Assembly: GCA_040357565.1 (NCBI GenBank)
Contig: JBDODJ010000049.1
DNA from: Cercozoa sp. M6MM
Lineage: Eukaryota; Protista; Endomyxa: Ascetosporea
Strand: one strand, 5' to 3'
DNA length: 64,000 bases
Below the pieces are notes generated by a model. The model saw only the letters and a program-made list of their open reading frames with translations. It ran no database searches and was not told the DNA's origin. Shown in pieces: positions 49,340-63,996 of the stretch. The translations under genes were made by a program, and so were the position numbers. Each line of letters begins with the position of its first letter. Positions within the stretch are counted from its first letter, which is position 1.

Positions 49340-51545
49340 GCAGCTGGGACAGTAAGCGACGATTGTGCCGTCGGAGGTACTCACGAACAATGCTATCAAT
49401 GTCACACAACATATCGACAACAAAGTGAGAAGCACACAACACATCGACAACAACAAAAGCAAAATCGATTGAATTTACATCTCAACGAGCGGGGTCAAGT
49501 CGACTTGCGCCAAAGATTCCGGCACAATGACGATGCGCAGCTGTCTGGCAGGGTTGGGCAGGTCCATGAACGCCGGGTTCTGTGCAAAGTTATCAGTTTA
49601 ATATCTATGAGAAAGAGAAACGACGTGAGGCAATCGCCAATATACCGACTGCTCGGGTTGCTGCGACTGCTGCTGCAGCTGCTGCTGCTCTTCTGCTTCT
49701 TCTTCGAGGCTGACAGCCTCAACGTTCTTCATGCAGCTGGTGACGATGCGCATGATGCCGCGCATCAATTTCTTGGCGCCATTGGCGCAGCGATTCAAAA
49801 CTCTCTGCTCGGAAACCAAAAACAATATAACAGGTCACGACAAACCACACTCTCGCAAAACAGCCCACAGACGCCTCACAACGCTTTAATGAGGACCACG
49901 AGCCACTAGCGGCCACAAACTGCACGCTGAACACCGCAGCGGATATGAAACCAAAAAACACCATATCCAAAGCGGGAAATTTCGGCACTGGGGTGCTTGT
50001 TCTTCCAGGTCGTGTTCACACTCTCTGTGGGTCATTCTAAAGATCCAAAAGGCAGGTGTGAGACAAAGAGTTTTTGTACATTTTTCGAATAAACCAGACC
50101 TAGGACATGGCTACAATCGGCGCAGAGGCGAACCAAAGCCTCGATCTATCCACATGTGGTTCCATACCATTTTCGGTCCACGGTAGCACTTGTCCTGAAG
50201 CGGCTAGAAACGGCACTTCCGGCTTTAAAATAGCTATTTTAGCTATCGCAAGCTGCGTGGTAGAAATACAAGTACTCATAGAGTTGGTAGAGCACCGCGG
50301 ACACGCCAAAGACCGAGCGAGCAAAATGTCACTTTTCGCGTGTCACAAATGTCACTTTTCGCGTGTCACAAATCGGACACTCGCTGGCAGTACGAGTCGT
50401 CTGGCCGCTCTCATTGACGAGTACGCAGTATTTACAGTATATTACACATGTCTATATCTCTAATAAACGACACTAGAAGCCCATTTCGCCTGCTGCCGAG
50501 TACTGTAGCCAGCTTTTTGGTCTGTAGCCAGCCTTCTGCGCCACTGCCACTGAACACCTTTTCTGTGTCTGTGTCGCCTCTGGCACCAAGAGCCAGTTTC
50601 CGTCAGTTACATGTGCCTGCAGTAGGTCAAAAACCGTCAAGAGCACTTGGGCGAGCAAGCCGGGTGTTGTGCAGACCGAGCAAAAGCGCCGTGTGCAATC
50701 GCGCGATGTGAGCCTGTTCGAGCTGCTGGTAGAAGCGGAACTTCTCTTGCTTGCGGCTTGATGACACTTTGATGTGGCTTTGCCGACTTGTAGTTGCCTG
50801 TGAGCGGGATGAGTCAACTTCAGCGAACTAGATTGTGACGCTAAATTTACCCGATGGCTTTGCCGACATGAGTGTGTCAATTGCAGCGAAGTAGGAGAAT
50901 GACACTCAAGCTTTTTCGCAGCTTTCTCTTTTTAGGCTTCGGCCAACTGTCTAGTGTTGGTGTTTCTAGCCTTCGCTTTTGCTGTCCTGCCTGCACTTTC
51001 TCGTCTATAAGTTTACAATGCTGTTGCGGCACACGTTTCGGGGCTGCATCGAGGACATCGCTCGAGTCGCCAATTTTGAAGCTGAAAGCAGATAAAACTT
51101 ACTTTGAACTGCTCGGCAAACTTCGAGGTTTCTCGCTGGAGCCGCTGCGTCCGTCGCTTGTCCTGCTTTCCAACTCGTCGAGTTCTTGCGAGAGCAGAGA
51201 CAAATCATGCCCTGTGCTTGCACGTCTAGATCTATTGGAACTCCTCGCCTGCTCCTCGCAAAACAGACTCTCGATTAAATCCAAACAAACAAACAAACGT
51301 GAACTGAACTGGAATCATTCCTGCTGTCCGCGTGGACCAGAAATATAAGAAGAATATTACAGGTACCGTCAACGGAGCAGAGGTTCTTTGACGACACCTA
51401 ATCGAGACTCGAGAGTTTAGACAGAAGTATGTTTAGACGACGGTTCAGGCCTTCCCCGTTGACGGGAAAGAACACTCTGCTGAAACGATCCAAATGTTGA
51501 TTCGCCTTTTTGCAGCGAGAGCTAGGTAGTGTCTGCAGGGACATA
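49340..51545 (-). CDS. Possible hypothetical multi-exon gene(s), low complexity (poly-Q, Ser-rich, KPKKRK)
   Basis: Exon-like segments flanked by GT/AG on the minus strand; full frame not resolved. Confidence 0.3.
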
Positions 51546-51735
51546 TTAAGACCAGTAGCACTTAGCTCTTACGTTACGAGTCGAAGTAAATCTTGTGGGT
51601 AAACTTTAGAACAGTCAAACTATTCGAACTGTACACTATACAAATCAATTGAGTTGAGTGGCGAAGTCAATGAGCGCCTAAGTGCGGTCGACTGGGCTCC
51701 AAGAGACTCCGGTGCTCTGCGAGCTGTGACTCGAC

Positions 51736-53110
<1,375 letters not shown>

Positions 53111-53481
53111 TGTGATGCGTGTGTGATGTAATGAAACAATCAAAACAAAGTGTGATGAGAGAGTCTCGTTGCGCCGAAACGCGTGCCTCCTTTGCGGAAA
53201 CTCCCCAAAGCGCGTGCCCGATTTCTTTGCCGTTTTTTGCCAGTTGTGGTGTCTTAAATCTAAATAAAATGCTGCTCCTGTATCCTAAAGAGTTATGAGC
53301 ATACATTGAGTAGAGTGAACACTGCTATAAACCGCAAAATGTTGCAGTCTAGAAAAACTGTCATTCCGCATTTGTAGCCACACCAGTTTTCCCGTAGCCA
53401 CACCAGTTTTCCCGTCGTGTGCAGACTTCTGTGACTTTGCATGCACTCGAGTAGCTGATTTATGTTGTTTAAACTTCACAA

Positions 53482-55532
53482 TCACTGTCGGAGCTCGTGT
53501 TGACCATGTGCAAAGCAGCATTGGTCTCCGAGTCGGCAGTAGCCTTTTTGATCGTGGCGGCACAGCTGCGTCTTAATCTTGTCGGTGCACATCACCTGCG
53601 GTGGCTCCCAATGCAGTGGCTCCCGGTGCAGTGGCTCCCAGTACGGGCCGTTGGCATGCTTGTGCTGGTAGTAGCTGAGCTCGCTCTGAGTGTGTGCAAA
53701 GTTGCAGTTGTCGCCCCGCCGACAACCACCAACTTGCCGTTCCTCGTGTCGGCACATCTGCGTCTTGTACCGGCCGACCGAGGGACCACTTGAGGGACCG
53801 GAAGGTGGAGAAGGCACCATGTGGGGCATGCCATGTAGATTCAGTGGGATAGCAGATGGGCGGGGCTCGTCGCTACAGCACATGTAAACTTACAGTTAAT
53901 AAATACATTAAAGATATTTATACAAGCACGCAGAATACCGCATCGGCACTGTGCAGGTGCGTTGGGTCGCTTGAGTCAGTGTCTCCATTTGTGGAACTGG
54001 GTACCAGTGAGACTGAGACTGTCCCCAAGTTTGTGCCGGCCCGTGGTGATACATTCCGACTGTTTGTTGACAGTAAGGTCCAGTAAAGTCCGGGAAACGA
54101 CAAGGAGGCGGAGTCGGCACTTGCGAACGATAGTCTCGACTTTGGACAGCACTCCAAGTCCATTCAGGCGGCACTCCGTCACTCGAAATCTCCGAAGGAG
54201 CTGCCTGTATGCATATTTGAGACAAGACATTGAGGGACCTGCTGCACCAGAGTACCCGAGCTGCAGGGCTTGTGTCTTCCATCCTGTCGAGCCACTGGGT
54301 ATGTCGAGGCGACTGAGGGGCGCTGTGACATCGCTCTGCCTCTGCCGCCTCTACGTTTTTACAAATTCCGGGGCTGGGATATAAGTTGCGTGGTTTCCTT
54401 CATACCAGCTACGCTGACATCGAGGCGAGAAGGCATGCTTTCCGTGTCCCAGGTTTCCGCTGGCGGTGCCTCTTGCCCAAGGAAGTCGTCCATTTTCGAA
54501 AGATCAGCACGAGACAACTGAGCCAATGAGTCTTCTACAACGATCATTGAGTCTAAAACCGATGGCAGTAAGAACTAAAAGTCGCTGTACCGTACTCGTC
54601 ATCGAGCAGCGGGACACCACGACGAGGAGGCAAGCTTCCTGTTTCAGTTTGCCCACTGGTATCCAACAGATGCGAAGGAATCATGTCTTCCGTCGTAAAC
54701 GAAGCGTCTCCAACTGTGTTTCATGTGTCTCACTTCAGTTGAACCGTGACGAACAAAAACACCTCATACCGCTTGCTTCCTCTTGCCCACTGGCATAGGA
54801 TGAGAACGTCCAAGTGGCGTCGTTTTCGCTTTCGATGTTGCGCAGCATTGCGTTGTCACACGCTGGGAGGTATCGGGCCAGCTGCTGTTGCTTGCACTGA
54901 CATCCAGAAGTTAGCAAATCCAGCGCCATGGCAACTTGCAAGAAGCCCGCTTGCGCCGGCGCGTTGACTGTTAACGACACCTCCACTGCTAGTCGAATTG
55001 AGTTTTAAGCACGAGCACCTTTCACTAAGTTACTCATTGGCAGGCTATACCAGAGTCAGCAGTCGTTTCGATGGAAGTAATGCGAATTTGTCGCGCAAGC
55101 ATAGTTTCGACGGTTCCAAACAGATTAGTTATGGTAATCGAACCGCTCACGCGCCCTAGCATCAAAGCGTCCCACGATAAAGGCGTGCTGAATATCCACA
55201 ACACACCAATTTATACTTTCCCCCGCAGTGTATTCCCTTTGCGTAAAAGGTACTTACGCAGACGCTCCAGTGCAGTGACCGGCGGCACCGGTTTTCCAAA
55301 GTTGTCTCAAGTGCTCAAAGTAGGTGTCAACAGCGATCTTCCAGTTCGACGCCTCCTAAGAAAAGCAACCGGAACATCGAACGAATCTACGCTGAAACGA
55401 CTGTACCACGCTTCGGCAAGACGTAGCAACTTCAATTTTCACGTTGAAGCGAGACGAACTCCGACTCGCCGACGCAGATGCGAGATTGGCCAGAACAGCC
55501 GCGCAAATCGCAAGGACGAACATTAACTGCAT
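53482..55532 (-). CDS. Signal-peptide protein with C-terminal tandem CCCH (TTP/ZFP36-like) zinc fingers, about 9 exons
   Basis: MQLMFVLAICAAVLANLASA; exons splice in frame by GT-AG to RYKTQMC-x9-C-x5-C-x3-H and KIKTQLC-x7-C-x5-C-x3-H; an alternative in-frame ATG lies at 55592. Confidence 0.7.
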
Positions 55533-55744
55533 TTTCGCAAAAGTAGGGTGCGAACTAGAGCACCTCGTTTCACAAGCGCGCTGGCTTTCCATTCAGTTAC
55601 GCCGAAAGTCGAAAAGCCCGACACGTGCCATACGGACTCGGACACCCCCGGCACGCCGGTCTGTTTTAGTTCGAATGCGTGCGTGCGCGTGAGATAAAAG
55701 AAACCATGCCAACTATGTTTCGTAAACTGAAGTTCAGTGAAAAC

Positions 55745-58700
55745 TCAAGCCGCGACAGAGACTAGATCGGGTCGACGGCGCGCCAGTCGGCGCAGCTTGC
55801 GGTGCACAGCGGCGAGTTGCTTCAAGTGCTCGTTGCCGCCGCGGTCGTCCTCTTCATTGTACTATACAGCGAGATTTAAAGTCCAGCTAAGCTCCACAAC
55901 AGAGCCAAAAAAAGGAGGTACCACAGGAGGTGCGATGGCCTCGCAGTGGACGGCAAAGTGCGCAAAAGTGTCCAATTGCGACTCAAAGTCGAATTCGCAA
56001 TGCTTGCTGTCATTTTCGGCATCCTTAGCATCCTCAGCATCCTCAGCATCCTCAGAGTCTTCTTCTTCGCGCATCTCGCTGTCACTGGAGTCGGTGTCAT
56101 CCTCCGAGTGCAACTGATCGTTCACGCTGCAGTAGCGTTCGATGGCAGCGGCCTGCGACAGCTCGAGTTGCCGTTCGATGTGCTCAAAGTGGGCCAGTCG
56201 AGAGGCCACGAGATCGCTGTCTTCCGAAGGCTCTGCGTCGACCACAGCGACTGCACCAGACTCCAAAGTAGACAGTAGGCAGTGCACACAATACAAACAC
56301 AGGCTACCTGCTTGGTCGTGATCGAGGTCCCTCGGTGCGGAAAGATCGGCACCGCGGCACAGAGAACACCCGAGCGAGAACTCGGTTCCGTTGGGGGGAT
56401 GCGACACGCCAAGCGGACAGTTCTCAGCGTCTGTCCAACATTTGTTGCACAAGAAATACACAGCCTAAAGTGGCTACAGCACCAGAAACTACCTCCACAC
56501 TGCTCGAGCTCGTCTGCACTCTTGGTGGTCATGTAGTCTGCAGCAAGCAAAGCAAGCACACCAAACATCACAGGAGTGCTAAATCTCTAGACACACAAAC
56601 GCACCGTGATTCTCCTGTCGCTGGTGACATTTCGCGCAGAACTGACAAAAGAGATATCGTAATTTTGTTTTTTTTTTGGCGAAACGCTGCGATGATCACC
56701 GCAGCTGCAAGCAATAAAAATCTAAAAAGTCAGGTACGTGCGTGGTGCCCCAACAGAAGAACGTCGCCGGGGAACAACAAAAGCGGCACTTCCAGAGAAT
56801 ATTTTCACGTCCATGCACGGCACACGCGTCGCTGTTTTATTCGCACTCAAGTCAGTTGGAGAAACGACAGAAATACGAAAAAGAAAAACAACGCTGTACC
56901 TGCCAATGCCACTGCAGGCACCACAAACAAGTTCGTCGGCGTTGTTGTTGTCGCCACGAGCGAGACCATCGTCGCACTCTTGACGCCCCTTTAAACAACA
57001 CCGGTCACTCCAACAAATACGAAAAAGACAACGCAAAATTACGCCGAAATACGGCTTGCGACACTTGGCGCAGCGATAGAACGCGAACCGTTTCATGGCT
57101 ACAACGCATTTCAGCATCACTGTTATGTGTAGACAGTGTAGCCACTGTACCATAGCCTGTCGGATTGCGGTAGTACGAGTCCGTCTTGTCCGTCACTTGC
57201 TCGCACTGCAGCAGTCCTTCCGACTCGAGTCGACGGAACGCGCGTTGTGCTATCTCGCGGTGCAGTTGCTACACGCACTCAACATCAAAGCAAAGCAAAG
57301 CGCACTCGAAGCACACTCGAAACATCGCAAAGGAACTTCGCAAAGCGCACTTGAAATATCGCAGGTGCACGGCGCACTCGAAATCAAAGCGAATCACACT
57401 CGAAACAGCACGAAGCTCACTCGAAATTAGCGAAGCTCACTCGAAATTAGCGATGTACATTCGAAATTAGCGACGGACACTCGAAATTAGGAAACAAACT
57501 CGAAACAAAACAAAGCAGGCGCGAAATAGCAAAACACACTCGAAGCAAAGCAGAGCACACGTGAAACATCGCAAAGCACACTCGAAGCGTCGCAAAGCAA
57601 AAACACAGTCTACCTGAAGCGGAAGCAGGAGTTGCTGCAACTGCGCAGCGCCGCCGATGGCAGATTTGAGATCAATGGCGCGTTTCTCCTTGAGGTCACT
57701 TCGATCACTTCGATCACTGCGATCACTGTGGTCACTCTGATCGTCGTCGTTGTTACTGTCGGTCGTGCGACTACGCTCGCCAATCGAGACGGTTTCTGCG
57801 TCTTGTTGTAGCCACATGCGCGACTTGCAGATCGGACACTGGAGGGGGGGGGGGGGTAAGGGGAGGGGCAAGGGGGTAGGGTAAACACACCTCGAGGAAG
57901 CCGAATGAGATGTGCGGCGTGCACCATGCCTGCGGAATAAAAAGGGGGTAAGGGCGGAATAAAAAGGGTTAAAAGGGGGGTAAAACTCACCTGAGTCAGT
58001 CGTGTGCGCAGACACGCGTGATGGAACACGTGTCCACATGCCAACTGTATACACACATACCTATATATATATATATATGAATACAACATGCCTAATACAT
58101 ATTCATGAATATATAACTCGATGCCGGTGTATATATATATATATACATATAGATATATGTTTGTGTAGATATATTGTAGCCAGGCGTACGGTCCATTTGT
58201 ACCTGTGTACACGGCGCAGCCTTAAGTGAGTCGGTGCAGCAGATGGCACACAGGTCGCTGCCTTCCGAGGCGACGATCCAGTCGGACACGCGGCAGCGCG
58301 TCGGCACGTCCACTGGTGTCTCACACACTGGGGCGGGGGGGGGGGGGGTAAAGGGGAGGGGCCGAGGGGGGGTAAAACTACCAGGCAGGTCGTCTTGCAT
58401 CTTGCACTCCTCGATAGCGGCAATTTCGAGCGTCTCGCGCTGCTGGATTCGCAGGATGCACTCGCGTTCCAGACAGTGCAGATGCTGATGTGCACCCTCG
58501 CCTGCACGTGCAAAATGACCACATGATCGCACAATGTGACCACTCAGTGAGAGTGAGTGACCACAGTGATCACAGAGGGTACCACGTGTGCCGGCACATG
58601 GGTGACCACACGGCAAGGTCGCCGTACAGCAAGCGTCGCGTTTGACTTGGCACTCGTCGCCGTTGCACACCTTCAGCAGCGCACGCGACGGCGGTGGCTT

Positions 58701-61700
58701 TGTGCCATCTGGGGGGGGGGGGGGTAAGGGGGGGGGGGGGTGGGGGCTAAGGGAGGGTAAGGGTACCACGCGCAGGCTCGCAGAGCGTCTTGCCCGGCAG
58801 CAGCGGCACCGAGCAGAAGCGACAACGCGCCGCCGTCTGGAGCACCTTGTAGTCGGCACATGTGAAACCTGCGTGGTACGGTGACACCTGAGTGACCACA
58901 CACACACATACCGTCATTGATCCTCCACTGATCCTTATTGATCCCAACTGAACCGTCTGTCACTCACTTACATTGCACTGACGACAGAAGGTCGCCAGAC
59001 AGTCCGAATTTCGACACAGCACGCGATGGCTCCTGCGGGGGGGGGGGGGGNNNNNNNNNNNNNNNNNNNNNNNNNNNNNNNNNNNNNNNNNNNNNNNNNN
59101 NNNNNNNNNNNNNNNNNNNNNNNNNNNNNNNNNNNNNNNNNNNNNNNNNNAAAACTACATGAAGTGAGATTGCGCTGCGACGTCATCGTCACTCGCGAAA
59201 GTGCGACCGTCCACCCTGAGCTCAAATTGCGATGACTTGCGATTTGAATTGAGTTGAGTTGAGTTGCGATGAGTTGAGTTGAGTTGAGTTGAGTTGAGTT
59301 GAGCTGAGTTGCTTTTGAAAGTACCCGACAATACGATTAAAGTCAGGCGCATCCTCATCGCCAACATCGCCGACCTGCACACACGCATACATACACATCA
59401 GACAAAAATGAACACACTCGAACCAACACCTGCAGTACCTCAAACTCGAAACTCATCGAGCAAGATGGACACGAAACGTAGCGATCAGCGTTTTTCTCCT
59501 GCAGGAGAAACGCTGAATTCGACAAAATAAACTTGTCTAGTTTTCGAGAAATCAAGCGATACGAGGTGTTCCTTCAACGAAGCGTCCAAAAACGTGTCAA
59601 ACTCGTCCTTTTTCAACAGCTCGCGCAAATCCACGACTGTGAAATCTCGCTCCTTTCAAAATTTGCAACAAATTTCAGCATTGACAAAACTTTCACTTTC
59701 GAAAACTTTGATTGTTCAAGTACTAAATCGGCGCAGTTGCCTTTTTTCAGGTGCGCGAAGATGCGCAATCGCAAGCAGCGCACGCTGCATACGCAATTCC
59801 GTAATTTCGAAATCAAAACAAAGCTAAATAAGCAAAGCAAAGCACAAAGCAAAAAGTACCAAGTCGGCTCATCGTCAACTCGATCCTCGGGGAAGCGTGT
59901 GGCGAACTTCTTGCGTTTCTCCAGGTGACGGTTCGTGCAGTACAAGAAGTCAGGAGGCACTTGGCGACGACACAAGTGACATTCCTCTTTCGACAAATGC
60001 ATCGGCATCGAGTACTCTCTATTTAAAAAAAGCAAAAGCGATGCACTCTTTAAATTGAAGCGAAACAAACGAAAAACGAACTTACAACGGAAGCGACGGC
60101 ATTAGTGCCTCTGACATCTGCTGTCGCAGGCACCACTTCGCTTGCCGGATCGCGTCGCTAATCAAAACGAAGCGCAATTTTGGAAATTTCACCAAAGCCA
60201 TTTCGAAATTAGCGACGAAGCAAAGCTAGTGTGAAAGTAGCGAAATACCTGAGATTAGCCAAGCAGAAGACGTCGTCACTGCGAAAAAAGAAACTGCGAC
60301 GTCGCAGGCCCAAAGCTTCGTCGTCCAGCACGACGTTGTTTTCGGAGTCGTCGCGAATGAGGGCGCTGCTGTCGCTGGCGGAAGCACCTGCGCGCACTTC
60401 GAAGCAGTCCTCGCCGTGAGTGCACACGAATGTCCACGGCGTGATCTGCAGCGTCTCTTTCGCTTCGCTCTGCGCGAGACTCGTGCGAATCTCGAGTTGC
60501 GACGTGTCGCTTCGCAGCACCACGAACGCGTTTCGCCAACGCGCCGGCCCGTTGCCTCGCACCGGTGCCGACACCGACGACGCACCCACACTCACGAACG
60601 CAGCTGCGACGAATCATTTCAACTCACTCAACTCAAGCAACTCAACTCAAAACAACTCAACTCAAGCAACTCAACTTGAAAGCAAAGCAAAACACAAAAC
60701 TCAAGTACAAGCAGCAATCCGACGTGACCAATCGTCCATCCAGTGCACGTGACGACCGAAATCACAGATCAGATGCGACTACACAATGCCAGACATACAA
60801 AGCAAAGCAAAGCGAAACTCAAAAACGAAGCGAAACTCGAAGCAAAGCAGAACTCGAAACAAATCGAAACACTCGAAATACCAGCGACGAATCCGCCTGA
60901 GCACCGCGCCCGTGCAGCACGTGCGAGTGAGGGTCGTACAGCGAGTGTTGCAGCGCAAGCAATGCCGAAATCGAATCAGCGACGCTCGCAAACTCGAAAA
61001 TCACGGTTACGCAGCGCTGAGCGGCCGGAGAAAGTTCGCACTCGACGCCGCTGTCGCTTTGAAGCAGTTCGGCCTGCATCGCTTGCTCCTCGAGTGTGCT
61101 GGCGCGACTCAAGCGATCGAAAGCGTTGTTCTTGCACTCTTCGAGAAAAGCTTCGTCGCCGCTTTGCGTGGCATCGTTTTGCATCGCATCGCTCGAGTGG
61201 CTTCTAATCCCACTCGAGTCAGTCACGTTGCTTTCACTCGCGCGCGAACTCGACCGACTCGAGAGTTGCGACGTCGCTTTGCCGCCTCGAAGCACTGTGA
61301 TTCGCTTCAACGGCGCTATGTCGGCCACGTTGTCGACAAAGTAGGCCAAAGCAACGGCGCCGTTATCCACAGGCAGTCGCAAACCACTCTGATCAAACAC
61401 ACTCGAATCACACAAAGTCGCACTCGAAACGAAGCAACAATTTCGAAACAAACAAAGCTAAACTCGAAACGAAGCAACAATTTCGAAACAAAGCTAAACT
61501 CGAAAGGAAGCGAAAATTTCGAACAAAACAAAGCTAAACCCGAAATCAAGCGAAAGCTTGCGAAACAAAGCAAAGCAAAGCGAAAAACCAACGAAAGTAC
61601 CACGTAGAGTTGTCGCGAGGGTGAGCCCATGAGTGGCAGCATACGCTGCGACAACAGAATGCGTCGCACGCGCTGTTGATCCTGAAGCGACAGGTCGGCG

Positions 61701-62494
61701 GAGCAGCCGCTGCTGCGACAGTACTTGGCGAGGTGCTCGAGTGCCGGGTTGAGCATGTCAGGCGGCGACCACGGAGCTTCGCCCATGAGTTGCCGCATGT
61801 CGATGCTGAACTTGGCCAAGTCGAGCGCACGCCAGCTGCGTTCAAGTTTCGTGAGCGACTGGATGATCCCGTTGATCGCTGGTGATCTACAGTTACACCA
61901 CCGTCATACACACTCACACACAGACGGTGTGTGCCACAAGGTACGTGATCATGGCACGACGCAGAGTGAGGTGCAGTGTGCCACGTGACACTCCGGCGCG
62001 CGCACTCGACGGCGTTCCCGGGGCCGATTGCTTTGGCTACACCAAGTCAAAATTAAAAACAGCGGACATATTAGCGGAAGAAGAAAAATACGAAAAAAAA
62101 ACTCTTATTGACTCAAAATACATCAAATTCAAAAATGAGCGGAGGAATGAGCGGAAATAGGAAAATACAAAAAAAGCAAAATTAAAACCAAAGTACAGAA
62201 TAATGCCCAGCATCGTTGCCAGCGTTGTCGTCATTTCTCAGTGCCTGTTGGAGGTCAAGAAATACCTGACACACAAGTTAAAGAACTCAAGCAACGTACA
62301 TTGTCGCGAAACACACGTCCGCCGCCTTCGCGGTTTTCATTCTTGTCGATCTCTACTTGAGGGACAGGGGGGGAGGCCAAGGCGGGGGGGGGGGNNNNNN
62401 NNNNNNNNNNNNNNNNNNNNNNNNNNNNNNNNNNNNNNNNNNNNNNNNNNNNNNNNNNNNNNNNNNNNNNNNNNNNNNNNNNNNNNNNNNNNNN

Positions 62495-62540
<46 letters not shown>

Positions 62541-63996
62541 GTAAAAAGAAGGCAGCGCACCAGCCAGCTGCTCGAGCACGTGCGGTCCCAGTTGCTGCGG
62601 ATCCACGCAGATCGACGGTGTGGCGTGAACCTGACCATCCAGTGGGACAGCCACATCGACCGAGCGTCCGCGCGGAAGCTGCGTGACATCGATGTCGACG
62701 CTGCCCATGAAGACGTCGGGCGTGTAGTACTCGTAGTCAAACACCAGCAGTGTCAGCACCTGCTTCTGCTGCGAAACCGTCACACAAACACAAACCGTCA
62801 AAGAAACCGTCTCAAACCGTCAGTGCACATTGCGTGATCACTACGTACCTCGGTTGGCACCAGCGACGGTCCGCCACTGACGCGAAAGCCAAAGACCTCG
62901 TGCCTGCCCAGTGATCATCCAGCCATCAGTGAAACCGTCACACATGCGGACTGATCGATCAGAATCTGGTACCACTCGGGAGCCACCGAGGCACGCACGA
63001 TGCGTGATTTGGCACTCGCCTCGCCGGCCGACATGATCACGTAACTGCTCACAGGAGAGAGAACGTATTGACTCGACATACCCTGGGGGAGGGGGAGAGA
63101 GGTAGAGGAACACTACGGGTCTGGCTGTCCGGGCAGCAGCGACGGCTTGCGCAGCGCTTTGCCACGCTTCAGTGTCACCTGACAGGGTGGAGTCGTAGGT
63201 ACTGGGTGGGTAGTAGGTACTGGGTGGGTGGGTAGTAGGTACTGATTGGATGGGTAGTAGGTACTGGGTGGGTGGGTAGTAGAGGTACTAGATGGCAGGA
63301 GGTACAGTGACAAGATCGCCCAGCTGCAGCGCGTGATCGGCAACATTGCGACGCAGCACGTTCGAGCCAGAGAACGAGAACGGCGACAGCAGCGCCGGCG
63401 TGGCCGACAGCGGTGACTGTGGCTCATGTTCGTTCAGTTGGAGCAGTGGCAACGAGGCCTGCAGCTTCTGAACCTGCGGCCTGTTCCTGTGAACCAAACA
63501 CAAAAAGGACAACAATTACAAAACCTCAAAAAATCAAAACACTCAAACCAACTCAAAACAGACCAAGAGTGTACCCAGTGATAAACAACTGCAGCGAACA
63601 CTCCTTCTGGATGTTGTAACTCTCTAATAAGTCACCATCCTGCGTCGAACAAATTCAACATGACCAGAATTGAGCACGACTTGACAAAAACGCACAGAAT
63701 CCGCACCTTGAGAATGCGGCCGCTGAAGATTAACCGCATTTGCTCTTCTTTTGATGTCGCCCCTTTCTCGTTCAGCATTGTGAGCTACTCAAAAAGCTTG
63801 ATATCAACTGTTTCATAGCAATTCCTTCATTGCCAGTCGCCGATTTACCAGTTTCTGCTTGAGCTGCGACACCTGCCATTTCATCGACACCTGCACAAAC
63901 TCCGACACGTGAAACTGCAAACCACTCGACTGTCAGGAGAAAAACCTCAAGCGAGTAATTCCCGCCACGAGTGTCGCGCACGAAAATCAACACCAT
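55745..63996 (-). CDS. Multidomain E3 ligase: UBL-C2-PH-degenerate RING1-IBR-MYCBP2-like Zn/RING-H2/tandem-cysteine (RCR) module
   Basis: Hand splicing keeps one frame with GT-AG introns from MVLIFVRD (UBL) to CPLGVSHPPNGTEFSLGCSLC (MYCBP2 C-terminus); two N gaps fall in predicted introns. Confidence 0.8.
59249..59310. repeat. Intronic (GAGTT)n pentamer array; the same unit occurs inverted as (AACTC)n at about 60620-60675
   Basis: Direct reading. Confidence 0.85.
63195..63305. repeat. Intronic minisatellite of about 18 bp (GTAGTAGGTACTGGGTGG)
   Basis: About 5 degenerate tandem copies. Confidence 0.85.

Noticed and set aside
50323-50373. 23-bp perfect tandem duplication (and a 20-bp one at about 53374-53414)
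   Set aside because: Two-copy local duplications with no associated element; probably slippage
62200-63996. Separate ubiquitin and C2-domain genes
   Set aside because: No di-Gly or stop after the UBL, and exon phases continue into the C2, PH and E3 exons, so treated as one gene
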